Assembly (NCBI GenBank): GCA_963758495.1
Contig: CAVWVI010000003.1
Coordinates: 96,001 to 160,000, forward strand
DNA: 64,000 nt
Direction of reading: 5' to 3'
Source: Oligoflexia bacterium
GTDB taxonomy: Bacteria; Bdellovibrionota; UBA1018
This document shows positions 1 through 8,775 of the stretch, one piece after another. Position 1 is the stretch's first letter; every line of letters starts with the position of its first letter. The notes below the pieces were generated by a model that worked only from the letters and a program-made list of their open reading frames with translations, made no database searches and was not told the origin of the DNA. The position numbers and the translations under genes are program-made.

Positions 1-1802
1 GTCTTTCCTGAAAAGTGTCGAATAGTAACATGAGGGTCTTTAACTACCCATCCATCTTTAGTTTTACCTTTATTATTTAACGATTCCCACGGATATCTTA
101 CCACAACAGGGGCCGTTGAATTATAAACTTCTTGATTAGAAATGTTTTCTGCCTGCATTGCTTTTTTCAGTTCTGCATCATCTATAAGATCAACAATTAA
201 TGCACCTTTTGGGACCTTCACCTCAACAAGGGCCGCATCTATTCCTTCTGCATAAATTGAAGAGTCTACCGGGTTACAAGCCGCATAGAGCCCTGGCCCT
301 GCCGTCGTCCTTCCACCTCCAGCATTGACGGTACATATATCAAAAGCAGGCTTTCCCTTGCCTAAGCGGATTTTTGTCCGTGCTAATTCATACTTAGCTT
401 TTCCCCATCGACTCAGAACAATAGGTTGATCCATACGTTTCGCGTGGGTCATCAAAAAGGCTGTCACCTTGTCGTTGATGCTCCAAGCCTTGGCACCTTT
501 CTGAGTCAGAGCCTCTACAATCTGGGTATGGTCTCTCTTATAAGCAATCATGAGGGCTGTGTCGCCATCTTTACCCTGAAGATTTATATCAGCACCTTTG
601 CTAATCAATGCATCCACAATCTGAGTATTGCCTTTACGTGCCGCAAAAATGAGGGCTGTTTCGCCATCTTTATCCTGAAGATTTACATTAGCTCCATTGC
701 CAATCAATGCATCCACAATCTGGGTATTGCCTTTATCTACCGCCAAAATGAGAGCTGTTTCGCCATCTTTCCTCTGAAGATTTACATCAGCACCTTTGCT
801 AATCAATGCATCCACAATCTGGGTATAGCCTTTATATGCCGCCCAAATGAGAGCTGTGTCGCCTTCTTTATCCTGAAGATTTACATTAGCTCCATTGCCA
901 ATCAATGCATCCACAATCTGGGTATTGCCTTGACGTACCGCCAAAATGAGAGCTGTGGTGCCATCTTTATCCTGAAGATTTACATCAGCACCTTTGCTAA
1001 TCAATGCATCCACAATCTGGGTATTGCCATTATATGCCGCACAAATGAGAGCTGTGGCGCCATCTTTCCTCTGAAGATTTACATCAGCACCTTTGCTAAT
1101 CAATGCATCCACAATCTGGGTATTGCCTTTATATGCCGCCAAAATGAGGGCTGTGTCGCCATCTTTCCTCTGAAGATTTACATCAGCACCTTTGCTAATC
1201 AATGCATCCACAATCTGAGTATAGCCTTTATCTACCGCAAAAATGAGAGCTGTGTCGCCATCTTTCCTCTGAAGATTTACATCAGCACCTTTGCTAATCA
1301 ATACATCCACAATCTGAGTATAGCCTTTACGTGCCGCCAAAATGAGAGCTGTGTCGCCTTCTTTATTCTGAAAATTTACATCAGCACCTAAGTCTAATAT
1401 ACGAGTTACGACCTGAGCATTTTCTGTTATAAAAGAATGGAATAAGAGAGTATTCAGTTGAGTGGGACTTGCCTTTGCACCTTGATTCATGAGCGCAATT
1501 GCGATATCCACGTACTTCTTGGTCAAGGCTAAGGATAATGCAGTATTACCTAGCTCATCTTTCTCGTTGAAGTATTTATCTCTAATTCCTGCTAAAAATG
1601 CTACCTTGTTTTTGACAGTTAAATACTGTAGACGTTCTTTAACAGTAAGCTTAACGTTATTGATTTCATGTAATGCCTCTTCACAAGATTGCTGGCCTGG
1701 GCATTTGAATTTTAACAGGTGGATGAGCGGAGTTTCTCTTGAATAAGATGAATTTATTAAAAATGTAAATACACATAATAATATAAGTACAAATCGATTC
1801 AT
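1..1802 (-). CDS. Secreted ankyrin-repeat protein with C-terminal ADP-ribosyltransferase-like domain (partial, runs off window start)
   Basis: Manual translation from ATG 1802 (alternative in-frame ATG 1814): signal peptide MNRFVLILLCVFTFLINSSYS, ankyrin repeats GADVNLQxKDGxTALIxAxxKGxTQIVDALISK, then LSRWG...GPGLYAACNPVDSSIYA...ALVEVKVPKG...GWVVKDP. Frame open to position 1; absent from the ORF track because no stop lies in the window. Confidence 0.9.
   Translation of the reverse strand, partial: MNRFVLILLCVFTFLINSSYSRETPLIHLLKFKCPGQQSCEEALHEINNVKLTVKERLQYLTVKNKVAFLAGIRDKYFNEKDELGNTALSLALTKKYVDIAIALMNQGAKASPTQLNTLLFHSFITENAQVVTRILDLGADVNFQNKEGDTALILAARKGYTQIVDVLISKGADVNLQRKDGDTALIFAVDKGYTQIVDALISKGADVNLQRKDGDTALILAAYKGNTQIVDALISKGADVNLQRKDGATALICAAYNGNTQIVDALISKGADVNLQDKDGTTALILAVRQGNTQIVDALIGNGANVNLQDKEGDTALIWAAYKGYTQIVDALISKGADVNLQRKDGETALILAVDKGNTQIVDALIGNGANVNLQDKDGETALIFAARKGNTQIVDALISKGADINLQGKDGDTALMIAYKRDHTQIVEALTQKGAKAWSINDKVTAFLMTHAKRMDQPIVLSRWGKAKYELARTKIRLGKGKPAFDICTVNAGGGRTTAGPGLYAACNPVDSSIYAEGIDAALVEVKVPKGALIVDLIDDAELKKAMQAENISNQEVYNSTAPVVVRYPWESLNNKGKTKDGWVVKDPHVTIRHFSGK
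498..1388 (-). repeat. Nine tandem 99-bp coding repeats (33-aa ankyrin units)
   Basis: gatttacatcagcacc-like motif recurs at 99-bp spacing (about 581, 680, 779, 878, 977, 1076, 1175, 1274, 1373). Confidence 0.95.
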
Positions 1803-1919
1803 AACAAAGTACATAATAATGAGTTTAATTTAGTTATTAATTAATGCATCACATTTTTCCACCTCAGCTCATGCTTCGCATCCCCAACAATGCTGAATTT
1901 TATTTAAATCAACTCCTGG

Positions 1920-3365
1920 TCAGTGACAAACCCATAGCGACCAACGACTAGCAAACTTTCTGGGTCCTACTAAAAAGCTGAAGTAGTCTAACCACCGAGG
2001 ATAGACTGTATACTGAAGATCACATTGGCCCCCTGCGTGAACGGTTTCAGGTGGCAAATTAAACTGATCATAAAAAAGCCAAAATTCCTTATGGTTTTTC
2101 ATAGAATCAAGATTGGCTACCGAAGGCAAAGCATGTAATTGAAGACCCGGTCGACGGTAAAAGTACACGTCCGAGCCTCCTACGCTATAAGGATTATGAC
2201 GCACATAATAAAGCTCTTCGATAGGAGGTTCCTGCGCAAATACCGCCTGATAGAAGTTAGGTTGGTTTGAAGAAGGCTTAAGCGTTGCAACTAGAAGAGC
2301 ACCTACGTCAAATAGAACTAACGCTCTGGCGCCGACATATATCCATGATTGAGGAAGCGCCTTCAACTGCGCTTGAACTGCTTGGAGCCCCAATACACAA
2401 AGTACAGGAAGAACAGGAAGCATAGGATATAGAAATCTCTGTTCCTTATGAGCAAAAAGGCTATGGGCCACCACAAAAGTAAAAGTAATTACACTTAAAA
2501 TATGAAGTGGCCGTTTAACCCAAGCACAAATTACGCAGACCAATAACCCCACTCCGACAGGTGGCATCATCCGAACTAAATCCTCAAAATAGTACCAGGC
2601 TGGACTCACTCCAAATTGAGCCGCCTTTCCTAAAACGACATTCTGATAGAAATAATTCCAAGGAGTAAATCCCCAGGACTGATAGCCCCAACGATCTAAA
2701 GCCAAGCCAAAAATGACTGCTGATATGCATCCCAGTAGTGGCTTGAACAGAAACTTCAAGGACTTCTGTTCCTTCTGCTCTATGAGAAGAGCCCATATCA
2801 ACACAGTCGCGACAGGGATTGCCATCTGATACCGAAGGTCAAAGGATAGACCTAAAAGAAAACCGAAAAGAAAGAGAAAGCGCTGACCTGAATTCAAAAC
2901 ATAGAGCGCAACAGCAAGCCAAAAAAAAGTGCCTGATAAGTTCTCACCGGAGGTCCTCGCGTGGAGGTAGGGCAGACACCAGAAAATACAAAGCACTCGT
3001 ATCGCGATTTCACGCCACTTCTGATCCTGAAACCAACGGTAACAACAAAGAGCGAGGCCGACCAAACTGCCCCAACCTAGCAAGGCAGAAAAGAGTCTTA
3101 GCATCATGGCCCACTTGAAAGGATCATGAATCCCAAATCGGATCGCAACTCTTACTATCCCTTCATAAAGAAATGGCTGTAACCAAGAGCGCATGTGAGC
3201 ATGAAACTCCCAAGCGAGGTTTTCTGCTCCAGATCGCCCTAAGCGGTAATTCAGAAATTCCAAAATCTGAAAATGTTCATCCATGTCATAAAATCCAACA
3301 CTCAGCCAGCCCGCTAAGAGGTGAAAACATAGACTTATCCCCAGCCAACGAATCAGAAATTTCAT
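1920..3365 (-). CDS. GT22 (PIG-B/Alg9-like) membrane mannosyltransferase
   Basis: DEHFQILE, WEF...RSWL and HKEQRFLYP motifs plus many TM helices, typical of GT-C GT22. Confidence 0.8.
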   Translation of the reverse strand: MKFLIRWLGISLCFHLLAGWLSVGFYDMDEHFQILEFLNYRLGRSGAENLAWEFHAHMRSWLQPFLYEGIVRVAIRFGIHDPFKWAMMLRLFSALLGWGSLVGLALCCYRWFQDQKWREIAIRVLCIFWCLPYLHARTSGENLSGTFFWLAVALYVLNSGQRFLFLFGFLLGLSFDLRYQMAIPVATVLIWALLIEQKEQKSLKFLFKPLLGCISAVIFGLALDRWGYQSWGFTPWNYFYQNVVLGKAAQFGVSPAWYYFEDLVRMMPPVGVGLLVCVICAWVKRPLHILSVITFTFVVAHSLFAHKEQRFLYPMLPVLPVLCVLGLQAVQAQLKALPQSWIYVGARALVLFDVGALLVATLKPSSNQPNFYQAVFAQEPPIEELYYVRHNPYSVGGSDVYFYRRPGLQLHALPSVANLDSMKNHKEFWLFYDQFNLPPETVHAGGQCDLQYTVYPRWLDYFSFLVGPRKFASRWSLWVCH

Positions 3366-3411
3366 GTATTAAGACAATAACAGATTTTCTTGACTCGACC
3401 GAGTCATTTGC

Positions 3412-3515
3412 CAGCAATTCACGATTGGGGTGTCGGGGGGAGGCTCATCCATGAGCCTCCTGGGCTATTCCCATCCTGGAGCCCAGAGCCCCCTCACCCA
3501 ATCGATGAATTGCTG
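3412..3515. other. Branched palindromic element (REP-like repeat or structured RNA)
   Basis: Outer arms cagcaattcacgattggggtg / cacccaatcgatgaattgctg enclose two hairpins (ggaggctcat-cc-atgagcctcc; ctgggct...agcccag). Confidence 0.6.
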
Positions 3516-3523
3516 CCGTAAAC

Positions 3524-3558
3524 TTGACTCACTTCCCTATTATTAGTATATACTGATA
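3524..3558 (+). promoter_or_regulatory. brnTA promoter with palindromic operator
   Basis: TTGACT at 3524; near-perfect palindrome tattagtatatactgata (3541-3558) covers the -10 region directly before the ATG. Confidence 0.55.
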
Positions 3559-3849
3559 ATGCAGTTTGATTGGGATGAAAAGAAGAACGCAAGTAACCGA
3601 ACTAAACATCGAATTGCCTTTCAAGTGGCGATTACCGTCTTTGATGATCCCCTTGCATTAATCGCCCCTGATCCCAAGCATTCTCATGAAGAAGTAAGGG
3701 AGTGGATTATAGGTGAATCGGATAACGGAGTTCTGGTCGTAGTATTCACTATCCGCCAACCAGGGGATATTTACCGACTGATCAGTGCAAGGCGAGCTAA
3801 TAGAAAGGAGCGCGGAAAATATGAAGAAAGTAAAAGAGTTTCCATTTGA
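3559..3849 (+). CDS. brnT: BrnT family ribonuclease toxin
   Basis: MQFDWDEKKNASNRTKHRIAF...RLISARRA...ER signature. Confidence 0.92.
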   Translation: MQFDWDEKKNASNRTKHRIAFQVAITVFDDPLALIAPDPKHSHEEVREWIIGESDNGVLVVVFTIRQPGDIYRLISARRANRKERGKYEESKRVSI

Positions 3850-4084
3850 GTCTGCTAGGCGAATTACTCCATCTGAAGTCAAAGCAGGTAGAAAAGCAAT
3901 TGAAGATAAACTAGGAGTGCCACGTCCGAAACGGGGACGTCCGGTTAAAACTGAAGAAAAGTACAAGCCTGTCTCGATTCGTCTCCATCCCAAAGCTTTA
4001 GAATGGGCAAAACGTGAAGCGAAGAAAAGGGGAGTAGGCTACCAGACTATTATTAATGAGGTCTTACTTAAAAAAGTGGCCTAA
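3821..4084 (+). CDS. brnA: BrnA family antitoxin
   Basis: RGRP...VSIRL...W...GVGYQTIINEVL; overlaps brnT 3' end; likely start ATG 3821 after aaggag. Confidence 0.88.
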   Translation: MKKVKEFPFESARRITPSEVKAGRKAIEDKLGVPRPKRGRPVKTEEKYKPVSIRLHPKALEWAKREAKKRGVGYQTIINEVLLKKVA

Positions 4085-4089
4085 TTTTT

Positions 4090-4245
4090 ATGAAAGGCGA
4101 AGGTATGAAGAAGGAGTTTAACTTTAAGGGGGCAAAAAGAGGAGCAAGAATAAATCGTGAAACAACTAAAGTCTCAGTAACCGCTAGACTTGATTCTAAT
4201 GTTGTTTCTTGGCTAAGAAATGTCGCGGATCAGTTCCTACTTTAG
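4090..4245 (+). pseudogene. Truncated second BrnA-like antitoxin
   Basis: Manual translation MKGEGMKKEFNFKGAKRGARINRETTKVSVTARLDSNVVSWLRNVADQFLL*; lacks the YQTxIN C-terminal helix. Confidence 0.7.
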
Positions 4246-4309
4246 CACAGGACTAATGGAACGCCCCTTATCGGACTACTTAGGCGCAGGCAAATGGAAC
4301 GCGAAGTAT

Positions 4310-4699
4310 TTATCTTAAGACAATAGAGCGGTTAATGTACTGCTGATTTCGCTTGATCCTGATGGCACCCAGTTGAAGAACAGCTTTCAAATGAAACCCG
4401 CGATCCGCCTGAGCCATAAATAGAACGGAACCCCATTTTCCAATGTAGGGAAAAATAGTTGCACTTCCACCACGTCCTAGAGTCAAGCCTGTTGTCACCC
4501 CACCTACCCAAGTACCTTCAATGGTTATTCTCTTTGGGCTAAGAATTTGAATCACGTACCTTGATCGTGAAAGACCCACACCCATGGCTCCAACAAAACC
4601 ATATTTTGCGATATACTGTTTACCGTCTTCTCCTGTGCAAGTAAGCTCATCCCCGACTCCAAAAATGAAGTCAGCAAATTCTTCTCCATAGCACGTCAT
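4310..4699 (-). CDS. Hypothetical Gly-rich beta protein, possibly a gene fragment
   Basis: 129-aa ORF next to the IS end; no clear RBS. Confidence 0.45.
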   Translation of the reverse strand: MTCYGEEFADFIFGVGDELTCTGEDGKQYIAKYGFVGAMGVGLSRSRYVIQILSPKRITIEGTWVGGVTTGLTLGRGGSATIFPYIGKWGSVLFMAQADRGFHLKAVLQLGAIRIKRNQQYINRSIVLR

Positions 4700-4869
4700 T
4701 AGTATAAGAGTGACTAAAGGACACCCGATCGACCTGATTCTGAAATGGGACCTCGGGTTGAAGAACGTTCACTCGTTTGTTGGCAATCAGCCGATTTAAC
4801 CATAATAGCTCGCTGTTCATCAAGACATCTGAAAATTTTTTAAGATTCAGTTTGTCCGCTCTTCTTAAT

Positions 4870-6589
4870 GTAACCCCTCAATAAGTTGAGGGAATGAGCT
4901 GGCTTGTATTTTAGCCCGGTTTTGGAATTTGTTGTCGTATTAATATGGTAAGATTGGGTATCCTATCATTATTCAAAATTCGGCTATTCAAGTAATTCCA
5001 AAATGAAACTCTCAGTTTTTTGCACGTTTTTATTAGACTTGTAAAAGTATCTCGACAGGTCCGGCCCAAGTCATTTCTGGTACCACCACTTATTTTCCTA
5101 CGCGTAACATATTCGCGGATATCCGTTTCCGCCCCGTTATTATGAAGCGGAATTTCTGGACATTTTAGGACGACTAGAAGGCGCTCCTTCTTTGAATTCA
5201 ATTTCTTGAGTTCACATTCGACTTCCGAGTAAATCATTTCCTGATTGAAGATCTCATCAAATCTCTGACTGAGTCTTTTAGCAAATTTCGGATGAGGAGA
5301 TTGTTGGAAGCGCTTCAATAGATGGTAGTACACCCATATTTCAGTACGAACAGAATCTAATTCAATAGCCTCAGTATTTGATACAGGAACTAATCGATGA
5401 ATGTTTCTTTCAGCATGGATCCAACAAAGAGCTTGCTGGTTGGGAAATGCATTATACTGAAATGCATCATCACTCAAAATTAGGAGATCTTGTCGAAATC
5501 CATTTTCTATCAATGCCCCTACGAGAGCGGCTTCCGTAATAATCCGTTGGCTTTCGATGCCAGAAATTCCAAGTTGGGCAAGTGTTTTTTCCCAATTGGC
5601 TTTTCCAAGGATTGTCTGGCCCATATTATCTAAAACTACGGCAAGGGCTTTCGGGTCCAACTTATGTTCTTTTATATATTTTTCTGCGGTCGAATTAAGC
5701 TTATATTCAAATCGTTGCATCTGCAATAATTGCAAAAAATTGATTCGACTTTTTGATTCAGTACTTTGAAACCATGTAAACCAGGAGTTTCCTATTACAG
5801 TACAGAATCCATTTTTCCCCGCATGCCTTGCTCCGGTATCGTCTACTTGGATATAAGGAGAAACTTGAAGGCCAGTTTTAAGAATATCAGCTTTCTCTTC
5901 GTGAAAATTCTCGTGTCCTTCCGTAAGAATAAAATTAATCTCTCCAGCCGAAATATCAATGCCAAATTCTCTGAGTTCTTCCAGCAGGCGAGGCTGAGTG
6001 ACATGACATTGGTAATATTGATAGATAATATAGGTTTTTAACTGATTCCCAAAATGGCCATGAATTGAATTGGGTAACTCAGCCTCAATGTAGGAGCCAT
6101 CCTCAGTCTGCCACCTTTCCAAATGGTAGCGAGTATTATGTGCTTGGATTACCAGATCCTGTACCGTAAAATTTTTATACCCTTTAAACTTGGCCCCATC
6201 TGGTACCCGAGGAGCTTGAATAGTCTTGTGATCATGAATTTTCAAAAAGGCAGTCTTTGATCTCTTTTCTGAGCCCGCACGCTTTTTGAGACAGTTATTG
6301 GCTTTATTCTTTTCAAGTTGGCTAGCTTGCACCTTTGGACGAGGAGGTATATTTTTCAGTCTTGCAATCTCATCTCGAAGGTATCCAACTGTTAATTCTA
6401 ATTCTCGAATTTTGTGGATCTGTTGATTTATCAAGAATTCTTGCTGTTCAATAATGCCAATCAACCCACTTATGGACTGCGGTTTTTCTGATTTATATTT
6501 GAACTCTTGCTCCATGCTTTTAACGCAGCAATTTTCAATCCAAAATTGGCAAACGACAACATCTTTACCTCAACTTATTGAGGGGTTAC
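4870..6589 (-). mobile_element. IS66-like insertion sequence, 1720 bp, single ORF
   Basis: Perfect 22-bp terminal inverted repeats gtaacccctcaataagttgagg (4870-4891) / cctcaacttattgaggggttac (6568-6589); GTAA ends are typical of IS66. Confidence 0.92.
4911..6515 (-). CDS. IS66-family DDE transposase
   Basis: N-terminal coiled coil, VDDTGARH, LSDDA, LCWIHAER, PLHNNGAETDIR motifs. Confidence 0.92.
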   Translation of the reverse strand: MEQEFKYKSEKPQSISGLIGIIEQQEFLINQQIHKIRELELTVGYLRDEIARLKNIPPRPKVQASQLEKNKANNCLKKRAGSEKRSKTAFLKIHDHKTIQAPRVPDGAKFKGYKNFTVQDLVIQAHNTRYHLERWQTEDGSYIEAELPNSIHGHFGNQLKTYIIYQYYQCHVTQPRLLEELREFGIDISAGEINFILTEGHENFHEEKADILKTGLQVSPYIQVDDTGARHAGKNGFCTVIGNSWFTWFQSTESKSRINFLQLLQMQRFEYKLNSTAEKYIKEHKLDPKALAVVLDNMGQTILGKANWEKTLAQLGISGIESQRIITEAALVGALIENGFRQDLLILSDDAFQYNAFPNQQALCWIHAERNIHRLVPVSNTEAIELDSVRTEIWVYYHLLKRFQQSPHPKFAKRLSQRFDEIFNQEMIYSEVECELKKLNSKKERLLVVLKCPEIPLHNNGAETDIREYVTRRKISGGTRNDLGRTCRDTFTSLIKTCKKLRVSFWNYLNSRILNNDRIPNLTILIRQQIPKPG

Positions 6590-7308
6590 ATTTTTTGATC
6601 CTGTTTTATAACCCTTTTCAAGTCACTCACTTTTCCCACAATTCCATAGAGAAACTGCTTTGGGGTGAGATTGCCCTTCATAACGCTCACTAGACCTGAA
6701 AAGGCTTTTGCAAAAAGAGTCGCCCTTTCTCTTTGGTCTTGAGAAGGCAGATCTTTTGCGAATTGGAAAAGGGCCTCCTGGGTCTGAAGTAGGGTGCGTT
6801 CAAGAAACTGGTCACGCAAGTTAAAGGTCGACTTCTTTCTTTGAATGATCTCATTACCGAGACTCAATCGCACTACAACGATTTCCTGAATCTGATCGAG
6901 ACACGCCTCCGTCGTACAGAAGGCTACCGCAGTTTTAATTTGATCTCCTAGAGAGGTCAAACTGTATTGATAAGGCCTCTGATGGCTAGAAAATTCTTTT
7001 CTCAGCTGTTTTCTTAGTCCTTTTTGGGCATTTTTAATCTGTACTTGCGCAGCTTTCAACCGATCGCGAAAAATCTGGTCCGGCAGAAGTGTCGCATTTC
7101 CAAAAGAACGACTTTTCAGGTCGTCTTCTATTTCAGTTATTCGTTTCTGAGCCCGATCTTCGGATGCTTGTAACTGAAACTGAATCAGCCTCATTTCAAT
7201 AAGGTGAGAAGTGGCATTCAAACCAGACTCTGTGCCGCTTCGGATTTTTTGATCATTTATTATGGTGAAAAAAATCTTTCGTTTAATTTTAAGGGTACCC
7301 CCACCCAA
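6586..7308 (-). pseudogene. Helical hypothetical protein, likely truncated by the IS
   Basis: Its TAA stop (6586-6588) lies inside the IS terminal repeat; start uncertain (TTG). Confidence 0.55.
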
Positions 7309-7361
7309 TACCTGAGTGCCCTTTTAGGTGGGGAATTCCGCCGGAAATTGTTAAATAATCT

Positions 7362-7925
7362 CTACTCTATTTTTGGATTAAGAGGTTGAAATTCTATACT
7401 GGGTGCCATGCTCGAAGTAGAGGGCTCTGAATATAACGATGAAGAGGGCTCTGAAAAGAATTTCTTAAAGAAGTTGGGTTTACTGCTTTTACTATTTTGG
7501 AAATTCCTCTGCTGGCTTTGTAGCTTGAGCTGTTTTTTTATTTGGGCTTTTTCTGCTTTCTCTTCTTCTTCCAGAAACATATTATATTCATATTCGGTTA
7601 TAGAGGAATGAATCGTTAGACATACCAAAAATCCATCCGCATCAGCTATAAAGGCAGGCGCAGAAAAAGTACTAGTTCCGAAGCCGTATCCTTCTTTCCA
7701 GTATCCGCCGATCAGAATTTGTTTTTCTCCTTGAGTGACTACTTTAATAGTACCCACTTTATACTCTAATCTCTCATTGAGCCTTTCCACTGCTGATTGA
7801 GCGGATTCTTGCTCTTGGGTGTGTTCGCATACAATAAGATTAGGAAGATAATCCGCATGTGCAAAACGAGTCAGACTGATTGAAAAACAGATAAACAAAA
7901 AATATTTTAAATTTCGAGTAGTCAT
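7362..7925 (-). CDS. Secreted hypothetical protein, tandem paralogue 1
   Basis: Signal peptide ending AHA; clear similarity to 8021-8581. Confidence 0.8.
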   Translation of the reverse strand: MTTRNLKYFLFICFSISLTRFAHADYLPNLIVCEHTQEQESAQSAVERLNERLEYKVGTIKVVTQGEKQILIGGYWKEGYGFGTSTFSAPAFIADADGFLVCLTIHSSITEYEYNMFLEEEEKAEKAQIKKQLKLQSQQRNFQNSKSSKPNFFKKFFSEPSSSLYSEPSTSSMAPSIEFQPLNPKIE

Positions 7926-8020
7926 GGCTTGTATTGTTACTTATGAAAATGACTTGGCGCAATAATAATTTACAAAAAAGAAAATTCTCTGAGCCTAAAG
8001 AAAATATATATAATATTTAA

Positions 8021-8581
8021 TTATTCAATTTCATTTTCTAGAATGGGCTCTAGAAGGGGCTTGAGGCCTGAAGTAGAGGGCTCTGAAAAGAACTTCTTAA
8101 AGAAGTTGGGTTTGTTCGCCTTGTTGGGTTTACTGCTTTTACTATTCTGGAGATCCCTCTGCTGTTTTTTTAGCTCGAGCTGTTTTTGGTACTCGAGCCA
8201 TCTTGCTTCTTTTCTCAGAAACACTTTATAATCCTCCTCGGTTAAAGGGGAATCAATCGTGAGACATACCAAAGTTGTTCCATCCCTTTCAGCTATAAAG
8301 GTAGGCGCAGAAAAAGTACTACGTTCAAGGCTGTAGCTTCCTGGTATGCAGACGGTTTTTGCTCCAATCACAATTTGGTCCTCTCCTTGAGTGACTACTT
8401 TATAAAGACCTGCTTTATTTGCTAATCTCTTATTGAGCCTTTCCACTGCTGATTGAACGAACTCTCCCTCTTGGGCACGTTCGCATACGATAAGAGTAGA
8501 AACAAAATCCGCATATGCAACATGAGTAAGAGTGATTGAAAAACAGACAAGCCAAAAATATTTTAAATATCGAGTCATCAT
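8021..8581 (-). CDS. Secreted hypothetical protein, tandem paralogue 2
   Basis: Signal peptide ending AYA; shares LIVCE, QSAVERLN, STFSAP, LVCLTI, NFFKKFFSEPS with 7362-7925. Confidence 0.8.
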   Translation of the reverse strand: MMTRYLKYFWLVCFSITLTHVAYADFVSTLIVCERAQEGEFVQSAVERLNKRLANKAGLYKVVTQGEDQIVIGAKTVCIPGSYSLERSTFSAPTFIAERDGTTLVCLTIDSPLTEEDYKVFLRKEARWLEYQKQLELKKQQRDLQNSKSSKPNKANKPNFFKKFFSEPSTSGLKPLLEPILENEIE

Positions 8582-8775
8582 GACACGTATTACTACTTAC
8601 AAAAATGACTTGGTGCAATAATAATTTACAAAAAAGAAGATCTTCTGAGTCTAAAGAAAATATATATCAGTTAAATAATTATCCCCCCACCACAACCCTA
8701 CGATAAGGCCATGACGGGGGATAACAAATCTTAAGAGATTTTCAGATTTTAAATAATGACTGCTGCTACTCTGTA

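Noticed and set aside
498..1388. Possible CRISPR array
   Set aside because: Units are contiguous 99-bp coding repeats with no unique spacers, and no cas genes are present.
426..1391. 321-aa plus-strand repeat ORF in the track
   Set aside because: Antisense shadow of the minus-strand ankyrin gene; 1489-1746 is likewise a shadow.
3412..3515. tRNA, SRP RNA or 6S RNA
   Set aside because: No T-loop/anticodon cloverleaf, no SRP CAGG-GGAA-AGCA helix arrangement, too short for 6S.
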